From: Ruminococcus sp.
GTDB lineage: Bacteria > Bacillota > Clostridia > Oscillospirales > Ruminococcaceae
DNA length: 64,000 nucleotides
Direction of reading: 5' to 3'
Assembly: GCA_031262835.1 (NCBI GenBank)
Contig: JAISGY010000021.1
Location: forward strand, 707-64,706
The translations under genes and the position numbers were made by a program. Positions 57,901 to 64,000 of the stretch are shown piece by piece. Every line of letters starts with the position of its first letter. Positions within the stretch are counted from its first letter, which is position 1. The notes beneath the pieces are model-generated. The model was not told the DNA's origin, ran no database searches, and saw nothing but the letters and a program-made list of their open reading frames with translations.

Positions 57901-59722
57901 AGATGCCGTCTGAATTTCGTAAAACAAAGGTAAACTGTTTATCCGACTTTTCGGGCAGCGTCCAGCCGTTTATGACTTTATGCGCGGTAACATGATATTG
58001 TGCCGGAGCGGGTTCATAGTAAGCATTGAAATCAGGGTCGGCGGGATAGGTTACTTCGGGGGTGGAAGTGCCGTTGCCGTTATCCTTAACGCCGACATGA
58101 ACGGGAATAGACGGCTTGTCGAATGTCCAGCCGTTGCTGTCTTCCGGGGGTATTACTTCAAAACTGTAATCGCCGGCAGGCAGATTTATATCCGGGAAAA
58201 CAATATTTCCGTCCTTGTCATTCTGTGCCTTTCCGACAATATTTCCGTTCTTATCAACTATATTAAATTCAAACTCACCGCCCGTGAGAGGTTTTCCGTG
58301 CGCGATAACCTTATCCTTTATCCCGACAGGCGACTCCGTATAGGTATAGGTATTGACGAAATTGGGGTTGAGTTCGGGATTATAGGTAACCTTTGCGGCA
58401 AGATTGCCGCTTCCGTCCTTCGTAACCGAAATATGAACGGAGCAATAATGCCTGTCATACTGCCAACCGGGTTTCGGCGGGTTATCAACGACCTCCGCCA
58501 TCTCGTAGTCATGTTCGCCGATTTCATTATAACTTATGTCGGGGAAAACAATTGTGCCGTCGGGGTTATTTGTAACGGTTGAAATAATCTTCCCGTTCTC
58601 GATTAAATTAAACCTAAAAGTTCCTCCCGTTATTACGGAAGAATTGGATTTATTCTGTTTTGAAGCTTGAATTTTAACGGTTGCGGGAGCTTTTTCATTG
58701 ACAAAAACGGGTGCTTTTCCGCCTTCCCAAGATATAGAGCCCTTAAGAGGCAGGTTGTCATTTTTGCCGTCGTCTGTTATCGTAATTGCAGCGCGGTATT
58801 CGGTTTTATCTGCGGCATATTTTCCTGTCGGGTCGGGAAGTTCACGAACGGTATAATTATAAGTACCCGGACTGACAAATGTTATCGGTGTAAACGTAAC
58901 AGTCCCCGCCGCAGTATTTGTGCCGGTTGCAACCTGATTACCGTTATCGTCAAACAAGCCGAATTGAAACTGATTGTCGGTCTGAGCTGAGCCGTCCGCA
59001 ATTTTTTTTGTTACGTTATTATCGGGGTCGAGCCCTTGAGCTCCGTCCCACCCGTCCCCGAGGCTGTAAATATTCGGTGCTTTCCATTTATAGCCGATGT
59101 CGTCGTTGTTATAGGCATATTTATTCGGAGAGGTAAACTGTGTTGTCTTAATATGCGCATTATGTACCGGGATATCTGTCGGCTTTAAGATTTCGGCATT
59201 CCCTGTTGTTGCCTTATTGTTTGAAAAAGTAACAGTTGACGAAACGTCAAGATTCACAAGCTCTTTCTGCGGGACATATATTGCGCCGCCGTTTTGGGCT
59301 TCGTTGTCGGCAATTGTCGCTTGATCTATAGTTATAACAGAATTTCCTAAGTTTATTGCTCCGCCGTTAGTATTCGGTGTTCGGTTCCCGATAAGATCTA
59401 CGCCGTTTTTGAGTATCAGTCTTGTATTGTTTCCGGCAATTAAGCTGCCTCCCGCGTCGGGGTATTTACTCTTATTGACGTCTATGATTAAATTAGAGAT
59501 GGTTAACGCCGCACCGTCGGACAGTTTTATTAAGTCGCCTGTTGCCCCTCTGGTAAGACGGTGTAGGGAATCCGCGCCATTAATTATAACGGTTTTCCCG
59601 GCGGGAATTGTTATGTCTTTTGTTACAGAAAAATCTCCGGTAACATTTATATTAATGTTGCTGTCAGATGACGCAAGAGCAGTGTTTAGCGTTTCCATGC
59701 TGTTTACATTATAATCTGCCAT
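54905..59722 (-). CDS. 1606-aa protein: N-terminal parallel beta-helix (GGAI-type repeats) plus 12 tandem Spy0128/FctA-like isopeptide domains; no signal peptide, no LPXTG
   Basis: Twelve repeats of F.F.L.D..G.....(N/T).D.G.I.FP...(Y/F)...G.Y.Y.(I/V).E...(G)W..D.....V.V.VTD(D/N)G.G.....V.YP....F.N.Y. The start at MADYNV (59722) is coupled to the upstream stop. Confidence 0.85.
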   Translation of the reverse strand: MADYNVNSMETLNTALASSDSNININVTGDFSVTKDITIPAGKTVIINGADSLHRLTRGATGDLIKLSDGAALTISNLIIDVNKSKYPDAGGSLIAGNNTRLILKNGVDLIGNRTPNTNGGAINLGNSVITIDQATIADNEAQNGGAIYVPQKELVNLDVSSTVTFSNNKATTGNAEILKPTDIPVHNAHIKTTQFTSPNKYAYNNDDIGYKWKAPNIYSLGDGWDGAQGLDPDNNVTKKIADGSAQTDNQFQFGLFDDNGNQVATGTNTAAGTVTFTPITFVSPGTYNYTVRELPDPTGKYAADKTEYRAAITITDDGKNDNLPLKGSISWEGGKAPVFVNEKAPATVKIQASKQNKSNSSVITGGTFRFNLIENGKIISTVTNNPDGTIVFPDISYNEIGEHDYEMAEVVDNPPKPGWQYDRHYCSVHISVTKDGSGNLAAKVTYNPELNPNFVNTYTYTESPVGIKDKVIAHGKPLTGGEFEFNIVDKNGNIVGKAQNDKDGNIVFPDINLPAGDYSFEVIPPEDSNGWTFDKPSIPVHVGVKDNGNGTSTPEVTYPADPDFNAYYEPAPAQYHVTAHKVINGWTLPEKSDKQFTFVLRNSDGILTRIQGTDGTIDFGEFETRDNTELTIFEEGADGDGWTLDKTLHNVNVTVTDDGSGQLTAAIDRVPTLVNTYKPSQATTGEEGTPKTKKAVSGGKPLEAGQFTFGVFDAQGNLVTTGTNDVNGDIKFPVGYFDKPGEYDYTVKETTPDGGGYTTDKSSYPYKVIVTDNGKGQLVAEIVQPTPEPAFINTYTTEGSEHILAFKSLQGFTTGQTAPTFRFSLKDKDGNIVKEITSSAGTLDFGTLEYIEPGDYEYTVNEEMPLPDGWTIPVNSYRVIVHMTDDGKGGLIAAVDYPDSNNTAPQFVNTYSTLPVNIGSVISGTPKKTATGKAMTNSQFRFGLYDSNGNLVAVGFNNADGSIRFPLFYSSKLGETDYEVKELTSDGGGWSVDKSSYPVKVNITDDGKGHRTAEVTYPNGTPVFDNVYSSDNADADIKGVVIGHGKTPADGEFEFNVVDDKGNIVGTAHNDDNGNIVFPTLNLPDGDYDYRIVAPPNGNGWTFDVPELPVHVNVTDNGDGTSSSIATYPNGDIFNPIYTAIPANVGNIINNNPSGEIPTKTASGGELSDSRFSFALYDENNNIIAMGFNHADGKIHFPLFFSSKVGNTVYTMREVSVDGNGWITDKSAYPVNVNITDNGDGTLSAKVSYPGGIPVFNNIYNNKPVSEKITAGKVVHGWNNTEKQFSFILKDDKGNVIETAQNKDGQIDFGVLDYTEPGTYSYTIEEENPSVGAGWRSDLRTFPVVVTVTRDEHQNLAASVDYPDGTVPIFDNYYAASDSPINITAKKTAVGKNFEAGQFEFQLTNDDGTIILYAKNDGDGNITFSEFNLPIGDYNFTIHEITPDGDNWTTDKNKYLLHISVIDNGDGTTRAEISYPNGAPVFTNTYELAPVTAKIYANKCVCGTELYPNWFNFGLFDSSGTQISSARNDEDGFVSFPAQSFNKAGVYRFFIKELNISGNGWQCDDKTAGVTVTVSDNGQGTLAARVSYDEGTVPVFTNTYNPCF

Positions 59723-59723
59723 A

Positions 59724-59981
59724 TTAAAATTCTCCTTTTCTCCTCTGCCCCATGAGATAAGACTTAATACACTCCCTAAGCGGTTTCCCGCCTTCTGTAA
59801 ACTCCACATTTACCGCAATATCCCCGCAGCGGAAGTGGTAGGGATTTTTAACCTGAGAAAGATACTGCTCTGCTCGTTTTTCGACAGATGCGTTCATATC
59901 AATTTCAATGTCATTGATATCTACACGCTCTGATAGCGTGGGGCGTTCGTCTTTTAGTTTATTAAGTTCTTCTACAGTCAA
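59724..59981 (-). CDS. small protein (85 aa) of a family I recall seeing next to serine recombinases in Clostridia elements (DUF6870-like?)
   Basis: TTG start preceded by GGGGAG. Contains a KNPYHFRCGDIAVNVEF motif. The family call is from memory only. Confidence 0.5.
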   Translation of the reverse strand: MTVEELNKLKDERPTLSERVDINDIEIDMNASVEKRAEQYLSQVKNPYHFRCGDIAVNVEFTEGGKPLRECIKSYLMGQRRKGEF

Positions 59982-60063
59982 AGTGTTACACTCCCCATTA
60001 TCACAAGATACTAAATCTTATGAGCGGGCAGAGAAAAACTTGCATGAGCTTTACTATTTCTGT

Positions 60064-60102
60064 AAATAAAAAACGCCTTGAAAGAGAAGTTTCTTTCACA
60101 AG
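60064..60102 (-). terminator. intrinsic terminator immediately after the premature stop of the collagen 5' half
   Basis: Minus strand: cttgtgaaaga-aacttc-tctttcaag followed by gcgttttttattt, 16 nt downstream of the TAA. Confidence 0.55.
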
Positions 60103-60117
60103 CGGTTGTGGGTTTAT

Positions 60118-61641
60118 TTACGCTCCTGTTGCTCCGGCTGCCCCCGTAACACCCTGTATGCCCTGAACACCTTGTATACCTTGCGGTCCTGTTGCGCCCG
60201 GTTCGCCCTGTAAACCTTGCTCGCCCTGTATACCCTGTTCGCCGGTCGTACCTTTTATACCCTGCGGACCTGTAGCACCTGTTGCGCCTTGTATCCCCTG
60301 TATGCCTTGTTCACCGTCGTTGCCCTGCGGTCCTGTCGGTCCTGTCGCTCCGATTGCACCGGTTGCGCCGGTCACGCCCTGCAATCCCTGAACGCCCTGT
60401 GCACCTGTCTGTCCTGTTGCCCCTGTGGTACCGCGTTCGCCTTGTACACCCTGTTCCCCCTGTATACCCTGTGCGCCTGTCGCACCTGTCGCGCCGGCTG
60501 CACCTGCCGGTCCTGCCTCTCCCGTCGGACCTACAGCACCGTCCGCGCCTGTCGGTCCGGTTGCGCCGCGTTCACCCTGTATCCCCTGTTCGCCATGAAT
60601 ACCCTGCGGACCGGTTGCGCCGGTTGCACCCGGTTCGCCTTGTTCACCCTGAACACCTTGAATACCCTGCGGACCGGCAATCTGTCCGACATTCTGCCAG
60701 CTCTGCGAATCCGTGTCCCATATGTAAAGATCGGGATTAACATAATAAGCGTCGCCCTGCGTTCCTGTGGGGTGTGCGGCGATTAAATCGTCATAGTTAT
60801 CAAAAGAGCCGGAAAGTGCGCCGACTTCCCCCGCAATACCCTGTATACCCTGCGGTCCGGTCGCGCCGGTTGCACCGGGTTCACCCTGCACACCCTGTAT
60901 ACCCTGCACCCCTTGAGAGCCTGTCGCGCCGGTCGCTCCCATCGGACCTTCGGGACCTGTCGCACCCGTCACGCCGGGTTCACCCTGAATTCCTTGTGTC
61001 CCGGTATTCCCAATGACACCTTGAATCCCCTGTAAACCTTGAATACCCTGCGGACCTGTCGCTCCTGTCGGACCCATTTCCCCGACCATACCCATGATGC
61101 CTTGTATGCCCTGTATGCCTTGCGCGCCTGTTGCTCCCGGAACGCCGTCCGCGCCTTTTTGCCCAACTAAACCCTGTTCGCCGCGAACACCCTGTATACC
61201 TTGAACACCCTGAATACCGTCGGCGCCCGTCGGTCCTGTCGGTCCGGGAATACCCTGTGCGCCGGTCTCTCCCCTCATGCCGGCTTCGCCGCGTTCACCC
61301 TGTTCGCCCTGTATACCGGGTTCACCCTGTAAACCCTGAATACCCTGTGCACCGGTCGCGCCTGCCGGTCCGGGAGAACCGTCCGCGCCTGTTGCGCCGC
61401 GTTCGCCCTGTATCCCCTGAACCCCTTGAAGTCCGCGTGCGCCGGTTTCTCCAGTTGCGCCCCTCGGACCCTGCTTGCCCGCCGACCCGGCGATCCCCTG
61501 CACGCCTTGTATACCTTGAATGCCCTGTATGCCGGTTGCTCCTGTCGGTCCTCTTTCACCCTGCGGTCCTGTATTTCCTGTCGGGCAAGCGTATGGACAT
61601 CCTCCGTTTATAACGGGACAATCTTCATAGTATCTATACAT
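60118..61641 (-). CDS. 5' half of the collagen-like (BclA-like) gene: Cys-rich N-terminus plus G-X-Y repeats, ending abruptly within the repeat
   Basis: [31 protein letters not shown]..., a roughly 45-aa non-collagen insert ([39 protein letters not shown]), and the ending ...[11 protein letters not shown]-stop. Confidence 0.8.
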   Translation of the reverse strand: MYRYYEDCPVINGGCPYACPTGNTGPQGERGPTGATGIQGIQGIQGVQGIAGSAGKQGPRGATGETGARGLQGVQGIQGERGATGADGSPGPAGATGAQGIQGLQGEPGIQGEQGERGEAGMRGETGAQGIPGPTGPTGADGIQGVQGIQGVRGEQGLVGQKGADGVPGATGAQGIQGIQGIMGMVGEMGPTGATGPQGIQGLQGIQGVIGNTGTQGIQGEPGVTGATGPEGPMGATGATGSQGVQGIQGVQGEPGATGATGPQGIQGIAGEVGALSGSFDNYDDLIAAHPTGTQGDAYYVNPDLYIWDTDSQSWQNVGQIAGPQGIQGVQGEQGEPGATGATGPQGIHGEQGIQGERGATGPTGADGAVGPTGEAGPAGAAGATGATGAQGIQGEQGVQGERGTTGATGQTGAQGVQGLQGVTGATGAIGATGPTGPQGNDGEQGIQGIQGATGATGPQGIKGTTGEQGIQGEQGLQGEPGATGPQGIQGVQGIQGVTGAAGATGA

Positions 61642-61672
61642 AATTCATCACCATAAAACAAAATCTTGTTAA

Positions 61673-61699
61673 TATCCTATGCAAAATTTCGCTCTGTGT
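61673..61699 (-). promoter_or_regulatory. possible sigma-K-type promoter for the collagen-like gene
   Basis: Minus strand AC-16 nt-CATAGGATA fits AC-N16/17-CATAnnnTA, about 30 nt upstream of the ATG. The motif is short, so this is weak. Confidence 0.3.
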
Positions 61700-61705
61700 G
61701 AGAAT

Positions 61706-63520
61706 TTAATACATTTCGCTCAAGTATGTGCTTACCCGGTCTTGAAGCATTAAAGCGGTTTCTTCGGCTGTCTTTTTCCCCTCATTGTAAAGGTTTGTCT
61801 CTTCGATAATTATTGTTCGGAGCGGCATTTCAATCCGCTGTATTCCGTTAATGCTGTTAATTAAGTCGAAAATCTGTGCTTCGTGTTCGAGTGTTAATTC
61901 CGGCATTTTGTATTCATTTCCTGTTGTATAATCGTTCGCGTAAGTCGGATTAATCACCCGCTCGCCCAATTCGTTTATATAGTATTTCTTAAGCGAATCG
62001 TCAGCAAGTTTTTGAAGCCTTGAGGTAACGAGCGGGAAGGAAGTGTTACTGTTATATCTGTCCGGAGAAATAACGCTTTTTGTCAGCATGAATTTAATAA
62101 ATTCCCAAGCACCTTCCTTGTTTTCGGAACTTGAAAATATCGCGGCTTCGTTAACAAGATACGCGTTAATCCCGCTTTTTCCCGTTGCGGAAGGATAGCC
62201 CAAAAAGCTTACAGGAGCATTAAAATCTATCGTTTCAAGCTCAAGTGCATCCCTGAAATCTGAAACTTGAACATTTTTTAAGAGTGCTCGCCCGTTTCGA
62301 TAATCATCGAGGCTCAGTCTTACCATTTCATTTGGATCGGCAGGACTTTCTAAACTGTAATTGTCCGTATACTTTAACAGCTCGATAAATTCCGGGGTAT
62401 TAAAATAACATTTACCGTTTTTCTTGTCGATAAAAGTGTTTGCCGCGTCCCACAGATAGGACTCAATAAAAATACGTTTCCTCATTGAATAGTACGAAAA
62501 AATGAGCATTTCGTTTTTATCTGCAACTGCTTTTATTTCCGTAAAACTATCGGAATCAAGTCCGCTTAAAAGCTCCGCTCTGCCCGCAAGCGCAACCACT
62601 GTAAAATACGGCGCAATCGAATATAAATGTCCGTCAATCATATTCGCATTTTTTACAGACTCAACCAAATCATCGGAATCAATTTCCGGGTCTGCGTCAA
62701 AGTACGGCAGAAGGTCTTCAAACACACCCTTTTTCGCATATGACTCGTAAGACGAATCCAAAAGCGGTGTTAAGAACATCACATCGGCGGTATTCCCTGT
62801 AATAACGTCTAACGTAAACTCTGTTTCCGTCTTCGGTTCTTCATATTCAACTTTATAAATGGGATTCACTGCGTTAAACTGCGCCGCAAAGGCTTCAACA
62901 TTTCTGTTTACGGTAATAACCGTACGATTTTCCTTCTCATCTTCGGTAACAATTTCCGTTTTATAAACGCTCGAAAAGCCACCCGCATTTTCACCGATTA
63001 CGATAAAATTCCCGTCGGGGAGTTCAAAGTAATATCGCGGTTTTATATTATAGAGTCCGTGAATAGTAAAGCTCGGCTGATCATCAAAGTTATCACTGCT
63101 CGCAAAACTGTAATTATCAATATCGGCTGTTAGGTCTTCCGTTGTTGTTTTTTCACCGTCAATCACGATTTTTTCAAGCTTGCCGTTATAATCGCCGACG
63201 TCGGCGGAAGTCTTATAGAAAGTAATCTTCCCGCGGTCCGTTACTTCAAGGTTATAATAGTTAACAATATGCGTTTCGGTTGACGCTTCAAGGGGGATTT
63301 TCGTAAGGATATTTCCGTTAAAATCCATCGTTAAAAGGCTGCTGTCACAAAGAAGCAGCAGATAATCTTCCATCATCATAGCGTCAGCTATATATTGGTA
63401 ATCCTCACCCGCAGAGGAGATAACATTCGCCCTGCATATCGGCTCTATTGCGGATTTTTCCGCACAGCCTACAAGCATAAATATTATGAATATAACAGAT
63501 AAAATAACATATTTTTTCAT
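61706..63520 (-). CDS. lipoprotein with C-terminal extracellular solute-binding (ABC SBP family 1-like) domain
   Basis: Lipobox MLVGCAEK. The C-terminal two-thirds resemble sugar-binding SBPs. 604 aa. Confidence 0.6.
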   Translation of the reverse strand: MKKYVILSVIFIIFMLVGCAEKSAIEPICRANVISSAGEDYQYIADAMMMEDYLLLLCDSSLLTMDFNGNILTKIPLEASTETHIVNYYNLEVTDRGKITFYKTSADVGDYNGKLEKIVIDGEKTTTEDLTADIDNYSFASSDNFDDQPSFTIHGLYNIKPRYYFELPDGNFIVIGENAGGFSSVYKTEIVTEDEKENRTVITVNRNVEAFAAQFNAVNPIYKVEYEEPKTETEFTLDVITGNTADVMFLTPLLDSSYESYAKKGVFEDLLPYFDADPEIDSDDLVESVKNANMIDGHLYSIAPYFTVVALAGRAELLSGLDSDSFTEIKAVADKNEMLIFSYYSMRKRIFIESYLWDAANTFIDKKNGKCYFNTPEFIELLKYTDNYSLESPADPNEMVRLSLDDYRNGRALLKNVQVSDFRDALELETIDFNAPVSFLGYPSATGKSGINAYLVNEAAIFSSSENKEGAWEFIKFMLTKSVISPDRYNSNTSFPLVTSRLQKLADDSLKKYYINELGERVINPTYANDYTTGNEYKMPELTLEHEAQIFDLINSINGIQRIEMPLRTIIIEETNLYNEGKKTAEETALMLQDRVSTYLSEMY

Positions 63521-63528
63521 ATTGTTTT

Positions 63529-63564
63529 AAAAAAACCGCCCCGACAAAAACAATTATCGGAGCG
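63529..63564 (-). terminator. intrinsic terminator after the hydrogenase gene
   Basis: Minus strand stem cgctccga/tcggggcg followed by a T-run. Confidence 0.55.
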
Positions 63565-63577
63565 ATTATTATTCAGT

Positions 63578-64000
63578 TTAAACTCCGCGTTTAACGTAAG
63601 AGGTATGGAGAATCTCGTGTGCCTTGTGTGAGCCGGGTTTTCCGAAGAATTCGTCGTAAACCGCCTTAATCTCGGGGTTTTGGTGACTGCAGCGGATAAC
63701 CTTGCCTGCGTCCTCGTCGTAGAGAGCCTTTGCGCGTTCTGCACGAAGGTCAACGAAGTTGCGCACCGACATCGGCTGTTGGGGCTGCCCGCCGCCGTTA
63801 ACGCAACCGCCCGGGCACGCCATAATTTCAATGAAGGTGTAGGGCGATTTGCCCTCCTTGATCTGCTGGAGAAGAAGTGCCGCATTAGCCGTACAGGACG
63901 CAACCGCAACCTTAACTTCAAGGTCGCCGATTTTGTAGGTTGCTTCCTTGATGCCCTTAACGCCGCGAACCTCGCCGAAATCAACGTTGTCGGGGTCGTT
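63578..64000 (-). CDS. hydA: [FeFe]-hydrogenase catalytic subunit, C-terminal part (gene continues beyond the window)
   Basis: The frame is open to base 64000 (NDPDNVDFGEVRGVKGIKEATYKIGDLEVKVAVASCTANA...). It carries the canonical H-cluster motif EIMACPGGCVNGGGQP. Confidence 0.9.
   Translation of the reverse strand, partial: NDPDNVDFGEVRGVKGIKEATYKIGDLEVKVAVASCTANAALLLQQIKEGKSPYTFIEIMACPGGCVNGGGQPQQPMSVRNFVDLRAERAKALYDEDAGKVIRCSHQNPEIKAVYDEFFGKPGSHKAHEILHTSYVKRGV

Larger units (their letters stand above)
53268..60120 (-). mobile_element. 6.8-kb intervening element inside the collagen-like gene (small ORF, giant isopeptide-domain protein, large serine recombinase)
   Basis: Flanked by TTATTTA (53273-53279, 60114-60120) and CGCTCCTGTTGC (53256-53267, 60121-60132). 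The recombinase lies at the extreme 3' end. Confidence 0.65.

Noticed and set aside
59723-59809. The longer N-terminus of the giant ORF (MWSLQKAGNRLGSVLSLISWGRGEKENFN...) as a possible signal peptide
   Set aside because: This extension overlaps the upstream small gene and has no hydrophobic core or cleavage site. The ATG at 59722 is coupled to the upstream stop and has an RBS (GGAGAA), so the shorter start is preferred.
53273-60120. The 7-bp direct repeat TTATTTA at both junctions as the recombination crossover or a target-site duplication
   Set aside because: Recombination at the heptamer would leave TAAATAA, with two stop codons, inside the collagen frame, so the gene would not be restored. 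The flanking 12-mers do give an in-frame fusion. The true 2-bp crossover of a serine recombinase cannot be deduced by eye, so the heptamer is recorded only as a junction landmark.
60217-61656. Multiple overlapping ORFs on both strands within the collagen 5' half (60217-60786, 60282-60740, 60531-60743, 60774-61016, 60783-60965, 60969-61166, 61131-61613, 61275-61559, 61426-61656)
   Set aside because: This is the same triplet-repeat artefact. Only the G-X-Y frame on the minus strand has a start, an RBS and a sensible N-terminus.
63517-63984. 155-aa Arg/Ala-rich ORF on the minus strand
   Set aside because: It is out of frame within the hydA coding region. The hydA frame carries the canonical H-cluster motif and stays open to the window edge.

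Overview
This 64-kb chromosomal window is from a spore-forming Firmicute with Clostridia-like gene content. No rRNA, tRNA or CRISPR array was recognised. Housekeeping genes include a cysK-like gene, guaA, proC, metF plus a split metH, rplU-rpmA, a clpC-like ATPase, lon, and the 3' end of a hydA-type [FeFe]-hydrogenase. Three mobile or intervening regions interrupt them.

(1) The window opens inside an element whose terminal large serine recombinase gene runs directly into a 3' fragment of the sporulation regulator gene spoIIID. This indicates a split spoIIID, analogous to a skin-type intervening element.

(2) A 9.3-kb integrase-bearing island sits at the 3' end of guaA (about 4.03-13.35 kb). 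It has a PICI/SaPI-like layout: int and an XRE repressor diverging from xis, a CHC2 zinc-finger protein, a DUF3987-type replication protein and iterons, plus Fic, VRR-NUC and a sigma factor. After it come 3.2 tandem 52-bp units that each begin with a pseudo guaA terminus (EWE-stop), then a second, integrase-less copy of the replication module.

(3) This is the most interesting region. A BclA-like collagen-repeat gene (minus strand, 61641->52395) appears to be split by a 6.8-kb insertion. The insertion carries a second large serine recombinase, a small ORF, and a 1606-aa protein with an N-terminal beta-helix and 12 tandem Spy0128/FctA-type isopeptide domains. That protein has no signal peptide and no sortase motif. 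Deleting the DNA between two flanking 12-bp direct repeats would fuse the collagen halves in frame and in Gly phase. A glycosyltransferase and a thioredoxin-like gene follow the collagen gene.

Two recombinase-bearing elements with the same architecture, each splitting a sporulation-associated gene, suggest developmentally programmed DNA rearrangements.

Other notable items are a sensory-hydrogenase-like regulatory operon, a hybrid sensor kinase lacking the phospho-acceptor His, an orphan promoter-to-terminator unit (candidate sRNA) convergent with the collagen operon, and tandem beta-propeller lipoprotein paralogues.

All functional calls rest on motif recognition by eye. No database search was run.
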